Shown: positions 52,818 to 62,284 of the stretch, piece by piece
Layout: each line of letters begins with the position of its first letter
Numbering within the stretch: the first letter of the stretch is position 1
The notes under the pieces: model-generated
Seen by the model: only the letters and a program-made list of their open reading frames with translations
Database searches by the model: none
What the model was told of the DNA's origin: nothing
Position numbers and translations under genes: made by a program
Source: Amoebidium appalachense
Taxonomy: Eukaryota; Protista; Ichthyosporea
NCBI GenBank assembly: GCA_963693365.1
Contig: CAVNZM010000010.1
Coordinates: forward strand, 8,867,794 to 8,931,793
Length of the DNA stretch: 64,000 nt
Direction: 5' to 3'

Positions 52818-53825
52818 TCATTCATCCTCGGTATGATCGGATTGTACATTCATATTTGGACGGAAAAGGAGAGAGGGACGAGATGTGTTATGGTACACAA
52901 CCAGAGATACACCATTGTCGTCATCACCACTATTTTCACTTTCACTTTCGCTTTCACTTTCACTCTCGTCGCCTGACTCGCAATAGGCAAATGTACGCAC
53001 ACGTTCCAAACGCACATGTTCCTCCAAAGACTCCATCTCCACATACAAAGCAAGAGCATCACCACCACCACCACCCAAATCGTCACAACTACTCTTACGT
53101 CGTTTGACGGAGTCGCCAGAACCGCGTCGGCGAGGCAGACCACAACCAAAATGACACTCTTTCGGCTCGACGTTGTGATATCGCTTCAGACGCTGTTCGT
53201 TGTTGTACACGTCGCTTGTGAGTTTGGATTTCTGTGCCTGTAGCACTTTAATCTGACGAGAAAGGGCCCCAATCTCCTCCTTCTTCTGGCCATTCACGGC
53301 GGAGGTAAGGGCATACAAATACGAATACTCGGCCAACACACAACTGAAAACCTTCTTGTCTTCATCGGTCACAGGCCACGGGTCTTGGTCGTATAGAGCA
53401 CTGTCACGATATGTCATGAACGCGATGCATTTGCCAACAACGTCATCCCAATCAGCTTTGTAGGAGCGATGTACTTCGACGTCGGGCGAAAAAATAGAAT
53501 CGGCATCGATTTTTTTCAAACAAAACCGGAAGTCACGAACACCAATTGTTGCTATACCAGAGGTGTCGAGGGTGAGATGTGCACAAACGTCGAGCAACTT
53601 ATCCAACAAAAAATCATATTCGTCAATCGAATCGACGACAGTTTCGTTAGTCACCGCGAGGACCTGTGCGTGACGCCACAATCTGGCAAGGGAAGGCAGG
53701 GAAACCCGCATGTGGCTTTGCATGCTCGGGTCACGCTTGTGGGAGGGTCTTGTTTCCAGTGCATCAAAGAAATCAATAATAACCCGAAAAGTCCCGGAGA
53801 CACGAGCATAGCGAATAGAAGCCAT
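52818..53825 (-). CDS. Hypothetical protein with coiled coil and acidic tail
   Basis: ~335-aa intronless ORF from MASIRY. Basic RRRGS..KRRKS patch (NLS-like) and ESESESES tail. AATAAA downstream (52657, 52696). Confidence 0.75.
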   Translation of the reverse strand: MASIRYARVSGTFRVIIDFFDALETRPSHKRDPSMQSHMRVSLPSLARLWRHAQVLAVTNETVVDSIDEYDFLLDKLLDVCAHLTLDTSGIATIGVRDFRFCLKKIDADSIFSPDVEVHRSYKADWDDVVGKCIAFMTYRDSALYDQDPWPVTDEDKKVFSCVLAEYSYLYALTSAVNGQKKEEIGALSRQIKVLQAQKSKLTSDVYNNEQRLKRYHNVEPKECHFGCGLPRRRGSGDSVKRRKSSCDDLGGGGGDALALYVEMESLEEHVRLERVRTFAYCESGDESESESESESENSGDDDNGVSLVVYHNTSRPSLLFRPNMNVQSDHTEDE

Positions 53826-53916
53826 TGTGAACCCGTTAACACGAACGATTCCAAACGGGCTTAAAAACACAATCAAAAACCGAAATTTTGTGTCGCTACA
53901 TGTCACGGTTCGTAGA

Positions 53917-54237
53917 CGATGGAAAACAGAAAAAAAAATCTCTTCTAAAAAAAGGACGCTTAAAACACGGCTCGTTCACGATGGAAAACAGAAAAATAAG
54001 TCTCTTCTAAAAAAGGACGCTTACAACACGGCTCGTTCACGATGGAAAACAGAAAAAAATAAGTCTCTTCTAAAAAAGGACGCTTACAACACGGCTCGTT
54101 CACGATGGAAAACAGAAAAAAAAGTCTCTTCTAAAAAAGGACGCTTACAACACGGCTCGTTCACGATGGAAAACAGAAAAAAAGTCTCTTCTAAAAAAGG
54201 ACGCTTACAACACGGCTCGTTCATGATGGAAAACAGA
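53917..54237. repeat. ~61-bp tandem repeat, ~5.3 copies
   Basis: Unit cgatggaaaacagaaaaaaaagtctcttctaaaaaaggacgcttacaacacggctcgttca. Confidence 0.92.
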
Positions 54238-54553
54238 AGGCTTCTGCGACGCGAAGAGTCCTTATAAACATCTGCATTAGCGCAACCACCAAAACGAACC
54301 AATGCGCATCACGTAGGGTTCAACTCAGCAGAAACATAGCCAATTAAAACAATGCTTTAATTTCGCTTGGCCAATTAAAGGGCTCGCCTTTCACGTTTTT
54401 TGGAGTGATTATTTCGTCTGGCCAATCAAGTGGCCTCGTGTTTCGCTTTGCAAAAAAAAAAATAAAGTTCACCGAGTGAACAACCAACCAAACCACGCAA
54501 AAAGCACGCCACCACACATGCTTCCCATTATGGTGACTACCGCGGCGTTCGGG

Positions 54554-54746
54554 ACCAATCAGATCAGCGGTCAAACCACGCGAACCAATCAGATCAACGG
54601 TCAAACCGGATGGACCAATCAGATCAACGGTCAAAACACACAAACCAATTAGATCAGCGGTCAAACCGGGCGGACTAATCAGATCAGAGGCCAAACCGGG
54701 CGGACCAATTAGATCAGCGGTCAAACCGGGCGGACCAACCAGATCC
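54554..54746. promoter_or_regulatory. 30-bp tandem array of CCAAT-box units, 7 copies
   Basis: accaatcagatcagcggtcaaacc+6 nt at 54554, 54584, 54614, 54644, 54674, 54704, 54734. Lies between divergent ORFs. Confidence 0.7.
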
Positions 54747-54847
54747 GATTTAGATACGGATCGAAAAAAAAAGGCCCAGGCGGTGCTGTGAAGGGTCGTA
54801 TCGCGCGACAGACACAGGCTTCCTCTTTTTATTGGTACAAGTGCACA

Positions 54848-55117
54848 ATGTGGCCTTGGGTAGTCGCGTCCGCCATCTCATTCGTCCTGTTCTGGTTGAC
54901 GCTGATATCATGTGACGTTCATAGAATAAACAGATCACTGAAGCAAAAAACCGGGTCCCACCCAATACTGGACCCATTATGCGACAACTTCATGATTCGC
55001 TGGCTGTGGATACTGTTGCCACTAATGCTTGCATATACATACACCACATCCACACAATGCACCGAGACGGAAACCGCACAGAAAATACTTTCAGGTGCTA
55101 CACCCGTATCAACTTGA
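54848..55117 (+). CDS. Small two-TM hypothetical protein
   Basis: MWPWVVASAISFVLFWLTLISC... and IRWLWILLPLMLAY hydrophobic segments. Confidence 0.45.
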   Translation: MWPWVVASAISFVLFWLTLISCDVHRINRSLKQKTGSHPILDPLCDNFMIRWLWILLPLMLAYTYTTSTQCTETETAQKILSGATPVST

Positions 55118-55445
55118 AACGACCCACCCCTTTGAAAGGTGGATCCCACCAGGGCTCTCGCTTGGCAATCACCACGACTTCCGGTACACGAGACTGTGTT
55201 TTTGTCAAAACACCGACGAGTTCACCGACATTCCAACATATATCTGGAATCGACAGGCTGCTCGCCAACGCGTTCACAACAAAGCGGCTTTTTTGATCCA
55301 CTCCACATACTTGTGTAATCAAATCACTCGTCGCGGAAAGAACCACAGTCCCAGAGTGAGCACGCGCGCTGCGCAGCATGTTGTCTAACCGCCCGCGATC
55401 TCCCACGTACCAATAACACCCTGGGTTGTACACTTCCACGTCCAT
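55098..55445 (-). CDS. Hypothetical protein (~115 aa)
   Basis: ORF from MDVEVYNPGCYWY with globular composition, in a gene-dense context. Confidence 0.5.
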   Translation of the reverse strand: MDVEVYNPGCYWYVGDRGRLDNMLRSARAHSGTVVLSATSDLITQVCGVDQKSRFVVNALASSLSIPDICWNVGELVGVLTKTQSRVPEVVVIAKREPWWDPPFKGVGRFKLIRV

Positions 55446-55643
55446 TTCACAAGGAAAAAGATTAAATTGACACGACTGACCAACGATCACTGGGTTTTAT
55501 TGTTTATCAATATACAAATGACATTCCTCCAAAAATAGCGGATACAGTGCCACCGGTGACCAGTCACCTGCATTTATTAGGACGAAACCCACAAGACCCC
55601 AAGCGGGCCTGTCCGCGGAGGACAAATCCACGGCAAGCCGTCT

Positions 55644-56516
55644 TCAAAGTGCGTGTCCTACATGGCCTGAGTTGTTCCACGGTGTCGGTCTTCTACGCAG
55701 GCTGCGAGGCAGGCCGAAGAACTCGGTTGTGCGGTTGCGGGCGTGGACGGTGTCCAACACGGCGTCCCTTAGCGGCAGACCCGCGTTCTCGACCTGGACG
55801 TTGACCCGCTCAAAGAACGGGTCGAGCCACTCGGAGGCCCAGTCGTCAAGCGCGGTGGTGAAGTCTTGAGCGGCCACAGCGCCGGGGGCCATCGAAACGG
55901 GGGCACCGTGCTCGATCCCGACGCGGTAGGCACCCTCTTGCAGGGTGGACGGAGGCGCGGCAGGGGATGGGGTAGTGCATACGACGTTCTCAAACAGGAG
56001 GCTGGGCATGACCCAGTAGGGTTTCCTGGAGATGGCAGGCGCCACACCATCGACTTCATCCAAGTTGGGATCCCCAAAAACGTTCCAGAAAACCCATCCG
56101 TCTCTGGTCGGCTTGGTGGCGTATACGGGGGGCCGTCGTTCACATCTGTAACCATACCCCATGCCGGCCTCGCTGTCGCTGAGCGTGGTGTCGAATTCAT
56201 AGTAGTATTCGCTGAGGGTCGGGTCGGTAACGGGGTGTCCGGGCTTGTACAGTTTGATGTAGCCGCGCATGGAACGTTCGTCGCGCTCATAACGAGTCAT
56301 GCCATTTACACCAACACTCTGGACACTGATCTGTCCGTTTGACAGAATGGGAATAGCCACCCTGTGTGCGTGGTCCCATCTCGACTCAATTAGGCACGAC
56401 CAATCCCGGCCATCGCCCGTGGATTCTGTAACGCATTCAAATTTGCGGTCTAGGTACCTCGTGAGCTCATCCTCCGTGGCGATGCGGGTCAGTTCCATGC
56501 GCACCGGCATTTTCAT
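55644..56516 (-). CDS. Hypothetical protein (290 aa)
   Basis: Intronless ATG-initiated ORF. TATAAAAG at 56578-56585 (minus), CCAAT cluster at 56609-56712, AATAAA at ~55575. Confidence 0.8.
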   Translation of the reverse strand: MKMPVRMELTRIATEDELTRYLDRKFECVTESTGDGRDWSCLIESRWDHAHRVAIPILSNGQISVQSVGVNGMTRYERDERSMRGYIKLYKPGHPVTDPTLSEYYYEFDTTLSDSEAGMGYGYRCERRPPVYATKPTRDGWVFWNVFGDPNLDEVDGVAPAISRKPYWVMPSLLFENVVCTTPSPAAPPSTLQEGAYRVGIEHGAPVSMAPGAVAAQDFTTALDDWASEWLDPFFERVNVQVENAGLPLRDAVLDTVHARNRTTEFFGLPRSLRRRPTPWNNSGHVGHAL

Positions 56517-56747
56517 AACACAGAATGTTCATGTGAAATTGGAAATGCGAACTGGTGGCCTGTTCTTGTGTGGTAAGCTTTTATACCGGATGTCGCGCAA
56601 GCATCAAGCCAATCAGATCACACCCGTCAACCAATCAAGAACCAATTAAAGAGCAAACACAAGATCCACCAATCGGAAATCAGAAGTCACATCCAAAGAC
56701 CTTGCACCAATCAAAGCCACAACATCCCCCCTGATCTGTCGCGCTGC

Positions 56748-57038
56748 CTAGTTCTCTTTATTTTCCATGGGCGGCTCCGGCTCGTCATCGGGTTCTAACA
56801 TCCTTTGCATGACAATCGCGGTCATGGCCAGGTTCTTGGGCACCCAGTGCTTGAACCCGCACTTCCGCGCGAGCTCGTCGGGCAGGTCGATGTAGCCCTT
56901 GTCCGCGAGCTCCCTGGCGTAGCGCTGCTTCTCGCGCTCGGTGTGGCGTTGCGTTTCCTCTGTGGGGACAACCGTGGCCTGGATGACGGGGGCCTTGCCT
57001 GGCTCCTCCTTGAGCTTGTATTCCCAGCGATACGCCAT
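56748..57038 (-). CDS. Hypothetical protein (96 aa)
   Basis: ATG-initiated, GC3-rich codons, protein-like composition. Confidence 0.65.
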   Translation of the reverse strand: MAYRWEYKLKEEPGKAPVIQATVVPTEETQRHTEREKQRYARELADKGYIDLPDELARKCGFKHWVPKNLAMTAIVMQRMLEPDDEPEPPMENKEN

Positions 57039-57153
57039 ACGTGTGGCACCAATAAAAATACAAACAGACGTTTATTGAGTTTGTGTGTTGTGAAGGCGGG
57101 GGCCAGCCCCGCGTGTGTGTAGTTAAATGTACATGGTGTGTGTGCGTGTGTGG

Positions 57154-58104
57154 TCAAGCCTGCGGCGCGCGTGCAAACAGGCCGTGTGCGACCTCGTAGA
57201 ACTGGGCCGTTTCACCGACCCTCCACTTCTCGCCGGCGAGCTCGACGACGACGGGATCGGACGTGATGGGGGTGATGAGGCGCGGACGAGGCGCGCACTC
57301 CGTGTCCAAGGAGACGCTTGCAAAGCCCTCCATGACTAGGAAGGAGGGGTGTTCGGGAAGGCACATGCCGCGGACGCGCGGGTGGTAAGGACTTGCAACG
57401 ATCCAGACGATGCACAGGTGGCGCAGCCTGCACAGGGTGCGGATAGCGCGCATGAACGACGCGGTCCATACTGCGCGGACAGCGACCAGGGTCTCCATGT
57501 CGTAGGCGCGCCACGGGGTGAAGTGGTTCGTCATGGTCAGGCGCTGGACTGCGCGGATGAAGAGCACGGGGGGCGCGGGGTCGGTGTAGGTGTCCTCGTC
57601 GTCGCTGGGCAGGTCGGTGTCGACGTGTGTGATGCGCACGGTCTTGCAGTTTGAGATGCGACCGCGGACGAAGCACGCGGACAACTGGACGGCAGAGGCG
57701 TTCGCGATGACGCCCTCGATGAACAGGTCACCGTAGAAGGTGACATCGACGGTCTCGAGCGCCGTGCAGGCGTCGAAGCCCACGAGGTGCAGTGCGGCTT
57801 CGGCCTCAAAGAGCTCTGACCTGTTGAGTTGGATCAGACGGTCGCCCTTCTCCGACTGGTCGTCCCATGCGCTCGTTATGCACAGGTGGCGGAGGCCGGG
57901 GGGCAGCTTGACGGTGATGGACTGGTTCAGATCGCGTGAGAAGAGGGCTACGATGTCCAGGGTGATCACCTCCATGGCGCTCCTGGTCGAGAAGTCGATC
58001 TTGACGGTGGGGTGGAACAGGTGCGCCCTGATGTTGGCTTCGAGGTCTGGGTTGTCGACCTCCTCCTTGAGCAGAAAGTACGGTGCCTCGGTGATAAGCG
58101 CCAT
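57154..58104 (-). CDS. Hypothetical protein with degenerate leucine-rich-repeat-like segments
   Basis: From MALITEAPY. LPPGLRHLCI, CTALETVDV, VQRLTM and LCRLRHLCI resemble LxxLxL repeats. CCAAT boxes upstream (58190-58260) and AATAAA at ~57072. Confidence 0.7.
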   Translation of the reverse strand: MALITEAPYFLLKEEVDNPDLEANIRAHLFHPTVKIDFSTRSAMEVITLDIVALFSRDLNQSITVKLPPGLRHLCITSAWDDQSEKGDRLIQLNRSELFEAEAALHLVGFDACTALETVDVTFYGDLFIEGVIANASAVQLSACFVRGRISNCKTVRITHVDTDLPSDDEDTYTDPAPPVLFIRAVQRLTMTNHFTPWRAYDMETLVAVRAVWTASFMRAIRTLCRLRHLCIVWIVASPYHPRVRGMCLPEHPSFLVMEGFASVSLDTECAPRPRLITPITSDPVVVELAGEKWRVGETAQFYEVAHGLFARAPQA

Positions 58105-58277
58105 TCTTGTGTCGGTTCCCGTGTTTGCCCGGTGCGATTCTTGGAGCCATTTTAATGGCCGTTGCCGCTTGGGATACGATGACGTCATCGCCCAATGGCG
58201 ATTTCCGCCCAAGAGCGCCCATCCAATCAAGGACGTCCACGAGCACCCACCCAATCGGGAGAGGTGTCGTTACGTCA

Positions 58278-59330
58278 TCATACCCGAGCCCGAAGATCGT
58301 GCGGACTTCCAGAGCACGGTGCACGTACGTACGTTCTCCAGAGCGTCCAATACAACCCAAACCAACGCGTGAGGAACCATGTGCTGTTGCCCGGATACGA
58401 AGCTAAGTTTGAGTCCGCTGCGCCGACCGTCTTGAACCATCCAACATTATCCTTGGTCGAGTAGTAGAAAGACTTGCATTTCGGTTCTGCGACGCACGCG
58501 GTCTTCACTTCGTCCACCGACCCATTCATCGACCGAATATCGCTTCCGGCGTGCCCGACATCCAATCGCTGCACCTAATTGGGTCCGGACACCGGCAGAC
58601 CCGACTGCCAGAGCACGGTTCCGTCGGCGTCGCGCACGTAGGCGACACCGTCGTTCTCGATTGTCAGGATCGCCGTGCCCAGCTTCCCCTTGCGGTAGGT
58701 GTTCGACGCCCATATGACCGCACCCTTTGCGTCGTACACCACCAGATTGTTGTCCTCCTGCATGACGAGAGAGTAGGGCGCGGTACCGTTGTTGGTCTTG
58801 TTGTGTGCCCAGAGGACCTTGTTGCTGCCGCGTTCGGCGACTATGGTGTTCCCATCTCTCTCCTGCACCAGTTTGTACCGACCGTCGGGCGACACGATCG
58901 CCTCATTGGATGTGCTGGACCCCACGATCTTTTTGCCGCTTCCCAGCATGCTCCTGGCTGGTGGCTCCTCCTTCTTCACGACAGCGGTGGGGGCGTTGGG
59001 GCAGGTGGGACAGTCGGGGCACTTCTCCTTGGGGGGGCAGGTCGGGCAGGTCGGGCACGTGGGGCACTTTGTGGGGGCCAGGGTGGGGCACGTCGGACAG
59101 GTGGGGCAATCCGGGCACTTCTTTTCGGGGGGGCAGACCGGACAGCTGTTGCATATGCCGCAGGGGCGCCTGCACTTGAGGGTGGTGATGTAGCGGTAAA
59201 AGCGGGGCCGGTTGACGTCGTACACGACGAGGAGGACGAACAGGGCACACAGGCACCACACCCACGTAGACACGCTGGGGCGGCGGGGGAAAACCTGTGA
59301 CGGGGGCAAGTCCATTTGGTAGACCCACAT
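58278..59330 (-). pseudogene. Membrane-anchored B-type (bulb, mannose-binding) lectin with CPxC stalk and a PAN/apple-like domain separated by an in-frame TAG
   Basis: TM WVWCLCALFVLLVVY, CPDCPTCPTC repeats, SPDGRYKLVQERDGN..LVMQEDNNLVVYD...IWASNT (QxDxNxVxY motif). TAG at 58575-58577, then in frame GSDIRSMNGSVDEVKTAC..EPKCKSFYY....GWFK. Confidence 0.8.
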
Positions 59331-59361
59331 GAAAATCGCACACAGTCCTGTTTGGCAAGCT

Positions 59362-59769
59362 TTATTTGAGCGGCTCGCGGCGCAGCGCGGATGCCACGCG
59401 GGCAGTCCAGGCGCACCTGCCACGCAAGTTCGCGGCGAAGGCCTGATATGGAAGCGTCTGTGAGAACCACTCGCCCTTGTTGACGTCCCAGTAGCGGAGC
59501 CCGTTGTTCTTCGATATGTGGACCCGGGGACAGCTGCGGCAGTCCGGAACGGTCTCGCTGTCAGCGTCGAAGCCCTCGGCGAGGTACTTGTCGTACAGCG
59601 CCTGTCCGCACGCGATTGCGTCGCAGCCCGCGTAGGGTCCAGGGTCGGGCAGTGGACGACCTTCCATGGCCGCACGCACCGACCGCCACACCGACGCCGC
59701 CTGGTGCCGAGCCGCGATTGCAGCAAACGTCAGCGCGCATAGGACACACACAACCAGTACCAGATACAT
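59362..59769 (-). CDS. Small N-terminally anchored Cys-containing protein
   Basis: MYLVLVVCVLCALTFAAI hydrophobic N-terminus, CxxxxC and CxxC, AATAAA overlapping the stop. Confidence 0.7.
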   Translation of the reverse strand: MYLVLVVCVLCALTFAAIAARHQAASVWRSVRAAMEGRPLPDPGPYAGCDAIACGQALYDKYLAEGFDADSETVPDCRSCPRVHISKNNGLRYWDVNKGEWFSQTLPYQAFAANLRGRCAWTARVASALRREPLK

Positions 59770-59815
59770 CACTGTGAGACGCCAGCATTACGTCCAACCC
59801 CAAGACCGCGAGCGG

Positions 59816-61174
59816 CTATTTGATCCCAACTAGGACGGTGAAGCGACCGCCGACCCTGTACCCCATCTCATCCACGACGGCCACGCGCAGCCCCTCGACG
59901 TGCTCGAGCGACGTGGCTAGCTGCGGCGACGCCTGTAGGTCTTCGCTGATGCCGCAGGCGGCGCCGTGGACACCCGCGGACACGATGCGGCCCTGCAGGC
60001 TTGTCTCGCCGTGCATGACCGTGACCAGCAGCGCGCCCCGAGGCGCCAGGGGAGGCGTGGACCCGACGATGCACTGGATGTTGTCTGCGGCGCAGGGAAG
60101 CTGTTGGTCGCCTTCGGCCACGGGGGCGTGGTCGCGGCCGTCGAAGTACCTTGCAAGCGGGGGCAACCCGCTGGTGAGGCTGTGACTGACGTGGCCGCCG
60201 ACCTCGAAACCCAGGACGCGCGCAAGGCCGCGTGGGACATCGAGGGTGAACGTAGGGACAGTTGCATATGGGGCCCAGTGCTTGACGACGTCGGGTGTGA
60301 GTGTCTTGTGGTGGTGGATGCTGATGACCAGGCGATCGGGAATCGCCAGCTGCGACGGGGACATAAACGAGTAGAGCGTGTGGTGGAACGGCCACTTGAA
60401 GCGGTTGTGGGGGTCACGCTCGTTTGCCAGCTCTCGCCATGCCCAAGGGTTCTCCCGATAGTGTATCTGCGCCAGCTGCAGCACCTCGTGGGCCAGGTGA
60501 TCGGCGGGGCCCGAAGTGCGCGGCGCCCACCTGTCCTTTGCGAGGAAGTCTTCTTGGCGGGTCCATGCCTCGCCATTGCGCTCGGCGGCGGCCTTGATGA
60601 CGGTCGTGTGTGTGACCTTTGCGTAGTACGGGACTGCATCCGGGAACACGTCGAGGAGGTCTGCGATGTCATCGATGTTATACGAGGGCTTGTAGCAATC
60701 GGCGATGGCCTGATCTAGACGGGCCTCCAATTCAGCGCACAGGGCGCCGATTGTATAGTGCCCGACCGGCAGGTAGATGTCTGCAGTCGAACGTGTCCAC
60801 GAGCCCGGGTGGCGGCCATCTGGCGAGTCGAGGAACGACAGCCCCAGCACCAATCTGTTGGAGCCCTCTGACACGTCGAACACGGAATGCACCCGTGCGC
60901 CCTCGACGCGAACACCGTGGACCGAGCGGGGAGCGGAGAACTCTATCTTCAGCGGGCCACCATGTGTGTCGCCGCTGACAAAGTGGTATCGCCAGGGAGC
61001 CTGGGACGCTTGGGTCGGGGCGGGTGAGCTCCGGGCGGAGGCATCGCCTACCACTGATGTGCGGGACGGGGTTGGAAGTGCGGGTCCGTGGGGAAAGGCC
61101 CGTCGTGCCATGGCAGCGGAGAAGTCGATGTGTGAAGCCATGTCGTCGAGAATACGGGAGCGCGCCTTCGACAT
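59816..61174 (-). CDS. Putative penton / minor capsid protein (single jelly roll with insertion), NCLDV/polinton-type
   Basis: IEFSAPRSVHGVRVEGARVHSVFDVSEGSNRL..IYLPVGHYTIGALCAELEARL..LARVLGF..VEGLRVAVVDEMGYRV..FTVLVGI follows the motif order I recall for Bamfordvirae pentons (YNI..NN, P.G.Y...L, LGF, terminal I.L.D..G strands). Not confirmed by profile search. Confidence 0.6.
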   Translation of the reverse strand: MSKARSRILDDMASHIDFSAAMARRAFPHGPALPTPSRTSVVGDASARSSPAPTQASQAPWRYHFVSGDTHGGPLKIEFSAPRSVHGVRVEGARVHSVFDVSEGSNRLVLGLSFLDSPDGRHPGSWTRSTADIYLPVGHYTIGALCAELEARLDQAIADCYKPSYNIDDIADLLDVFPDAVPYYAKVTHTTVIKAAAERNGEAWTRQEDFLAKDRWAPRTSGPADHLAHEVLQLAQIHYRENPWAWRELANERDPHNRFKWPFHHTLYSFMSPSQLAIPDRLVISIHHHKTLTPDVVKHWAPYATVPTFTLDVPRGLARVLGFEVGGHVSHSLTSGLPPLARYFDGRDHAPVAEGDQQLPCAADNIQCIVGSTPPLAPRGALLVTVMHGETSLQGRIVSAGVHGAACGISEDLQASPQLATSLEHVEGLRVAVVDEMGYRVGGRFTVLVGIK

Positions 61175-61199
61175 CCTACAGGTGGGTGAGCATAAAAGC

Positions 61200-61557
61200 T
61201 CAGTCCATGACTGTGCAGTTGCACTGCCAACGGGCCTTGGGTCCCGGGGCAGAAGGTGCGGGCGTCATGCTGGGTGGCCACACCAAAGTCTCGGGGGTAG
61301 TGGTGGGGGTGGCTGGGGACGGGGTGACGTCATCATCGGAGGAAATCTGTGACCCGGAGCCACTGGCGGGGAAGTCGAGTGGGACCTCATCGTCTGTCGG
61401 CGCGGGGATGCCGGGGGGGCCAGACCGCAGGTGCGGTTTCAGCGACGGCCTCGGTGGCTGCGAGACTGGACGCGGGGCCGGTGCTTTGGTATATGCACTG
61501 TGGGGCAGCGAACGACCCGACGGCAAGGGCGAAGACGGCGTAGAGGTTGTTGAGCAT
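61200..61557 (-). pseudogene. Small secreted Pro/Thr/Ser-rich protein with a 1-nt frameshift
   Basis: MLNNLYAVFALAVGSFAAP...AVWPP shifts frame in a C7 run (plus G7 61413-61419) into GIPAPTDDEV...LVWPPSMTPAP..WQCNC*. Confidence 0.55.
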
Positions 61558-61577
61558 TACTTGTAGCATATAAAATT

Positions 61578-62174
61578 CTAGGCGCCGCGGAGGTCCAAGA
61601 CGGCAAGAAACAACGTTATGGCAGGGAACGGGAACATGTCAAGACAGAGCCTGAAGCGCCAGAACCGCGCGATGCATATCGCAACATTGACACCCCGAAA
61701 TCCATATTGGACGCCGAGGTCGTCCGTGTAGACAAACCACGAGGGCATCGGCATGATTGGTAAACCGCCCAAGCCAAGCGAAGCGGCCACTCCCAGTTCG
61801 ATACGGGCAGTGGGTAGCGAAGCGGGTGACCAATTTGTGTGGTTAGGTGTACGCGTGTTGATTCTTACGTTAGCGAGGCTTGGCCTCGGTAGTGTGTGTT
61901 TCGCGGCGGTCGTGGCTCCGGTCTGTGAATGTATGAAGACAAATTCTGAGGCATCGGCCCTGTCGTCGGTGAACGTGACGACGTTGTGATCCGGCAAAGC
62001 CTTCCAATACATACGCAGATCCCCAACGCGGGTGCACACGTATGGGTCATCCCTCTGCCATGGCAGTGCCATGCCAGTCTGTTGGGTGTCTGCCAGATCG
62101 GGCGGCCAATCAGTTGGTTCGCTCAGCAGAGCCAGTTGCTTGCTAACGTATCGACCTGAATGAAGGATGTGCAT
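61578..62174 (-). CDS. Hypothetical protein (198 aa)
   Basis: ATG-initiated ORF packed co-directionally with its neighbours. Confidence 0.5.
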   Translation of the reverse strand: MHILHSGRYVSKQLALLSEPTDWPPDLADTQQTGMALPWQRDDPYVCTRVGDLRMYWKALPDHNVVTFTDDRADASEFVFIHSQTGATTAAKHTLPRPSLANVRINTRTPNHTNWSPASLPTARIELGVAASLGLGGLPIMPMPSWFVYTDDLGVQYGFRGVNVAICIARFWRFRLCLDMFPFPAITLFLAVLDLRGA

Positions 62175-62284
62175 ATCGTGTGGGGGCTAACAAGACCTGG
62201 GCATTTTATTGTGCCACAAGCAGGGGGTGTGCGTACACGCATGTGGATCGCTCTGGGTATACTCTGTTCACGGACATGCAGCCA

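Noticed and set aside
53917-54746. Repeat arrays as CRISPR-like loci
   Set aside because: Units are head-to-tail with no unique spacers (at most 6 variable nt) and no cas-like genes.
59331-59726. N-terminal 130 aa of the listed 383-aa lectin ORF
   Set aside because: Overlaps the better 59362-59769 gene in another frame; the likely start is the ATG at 59330 or 59315.
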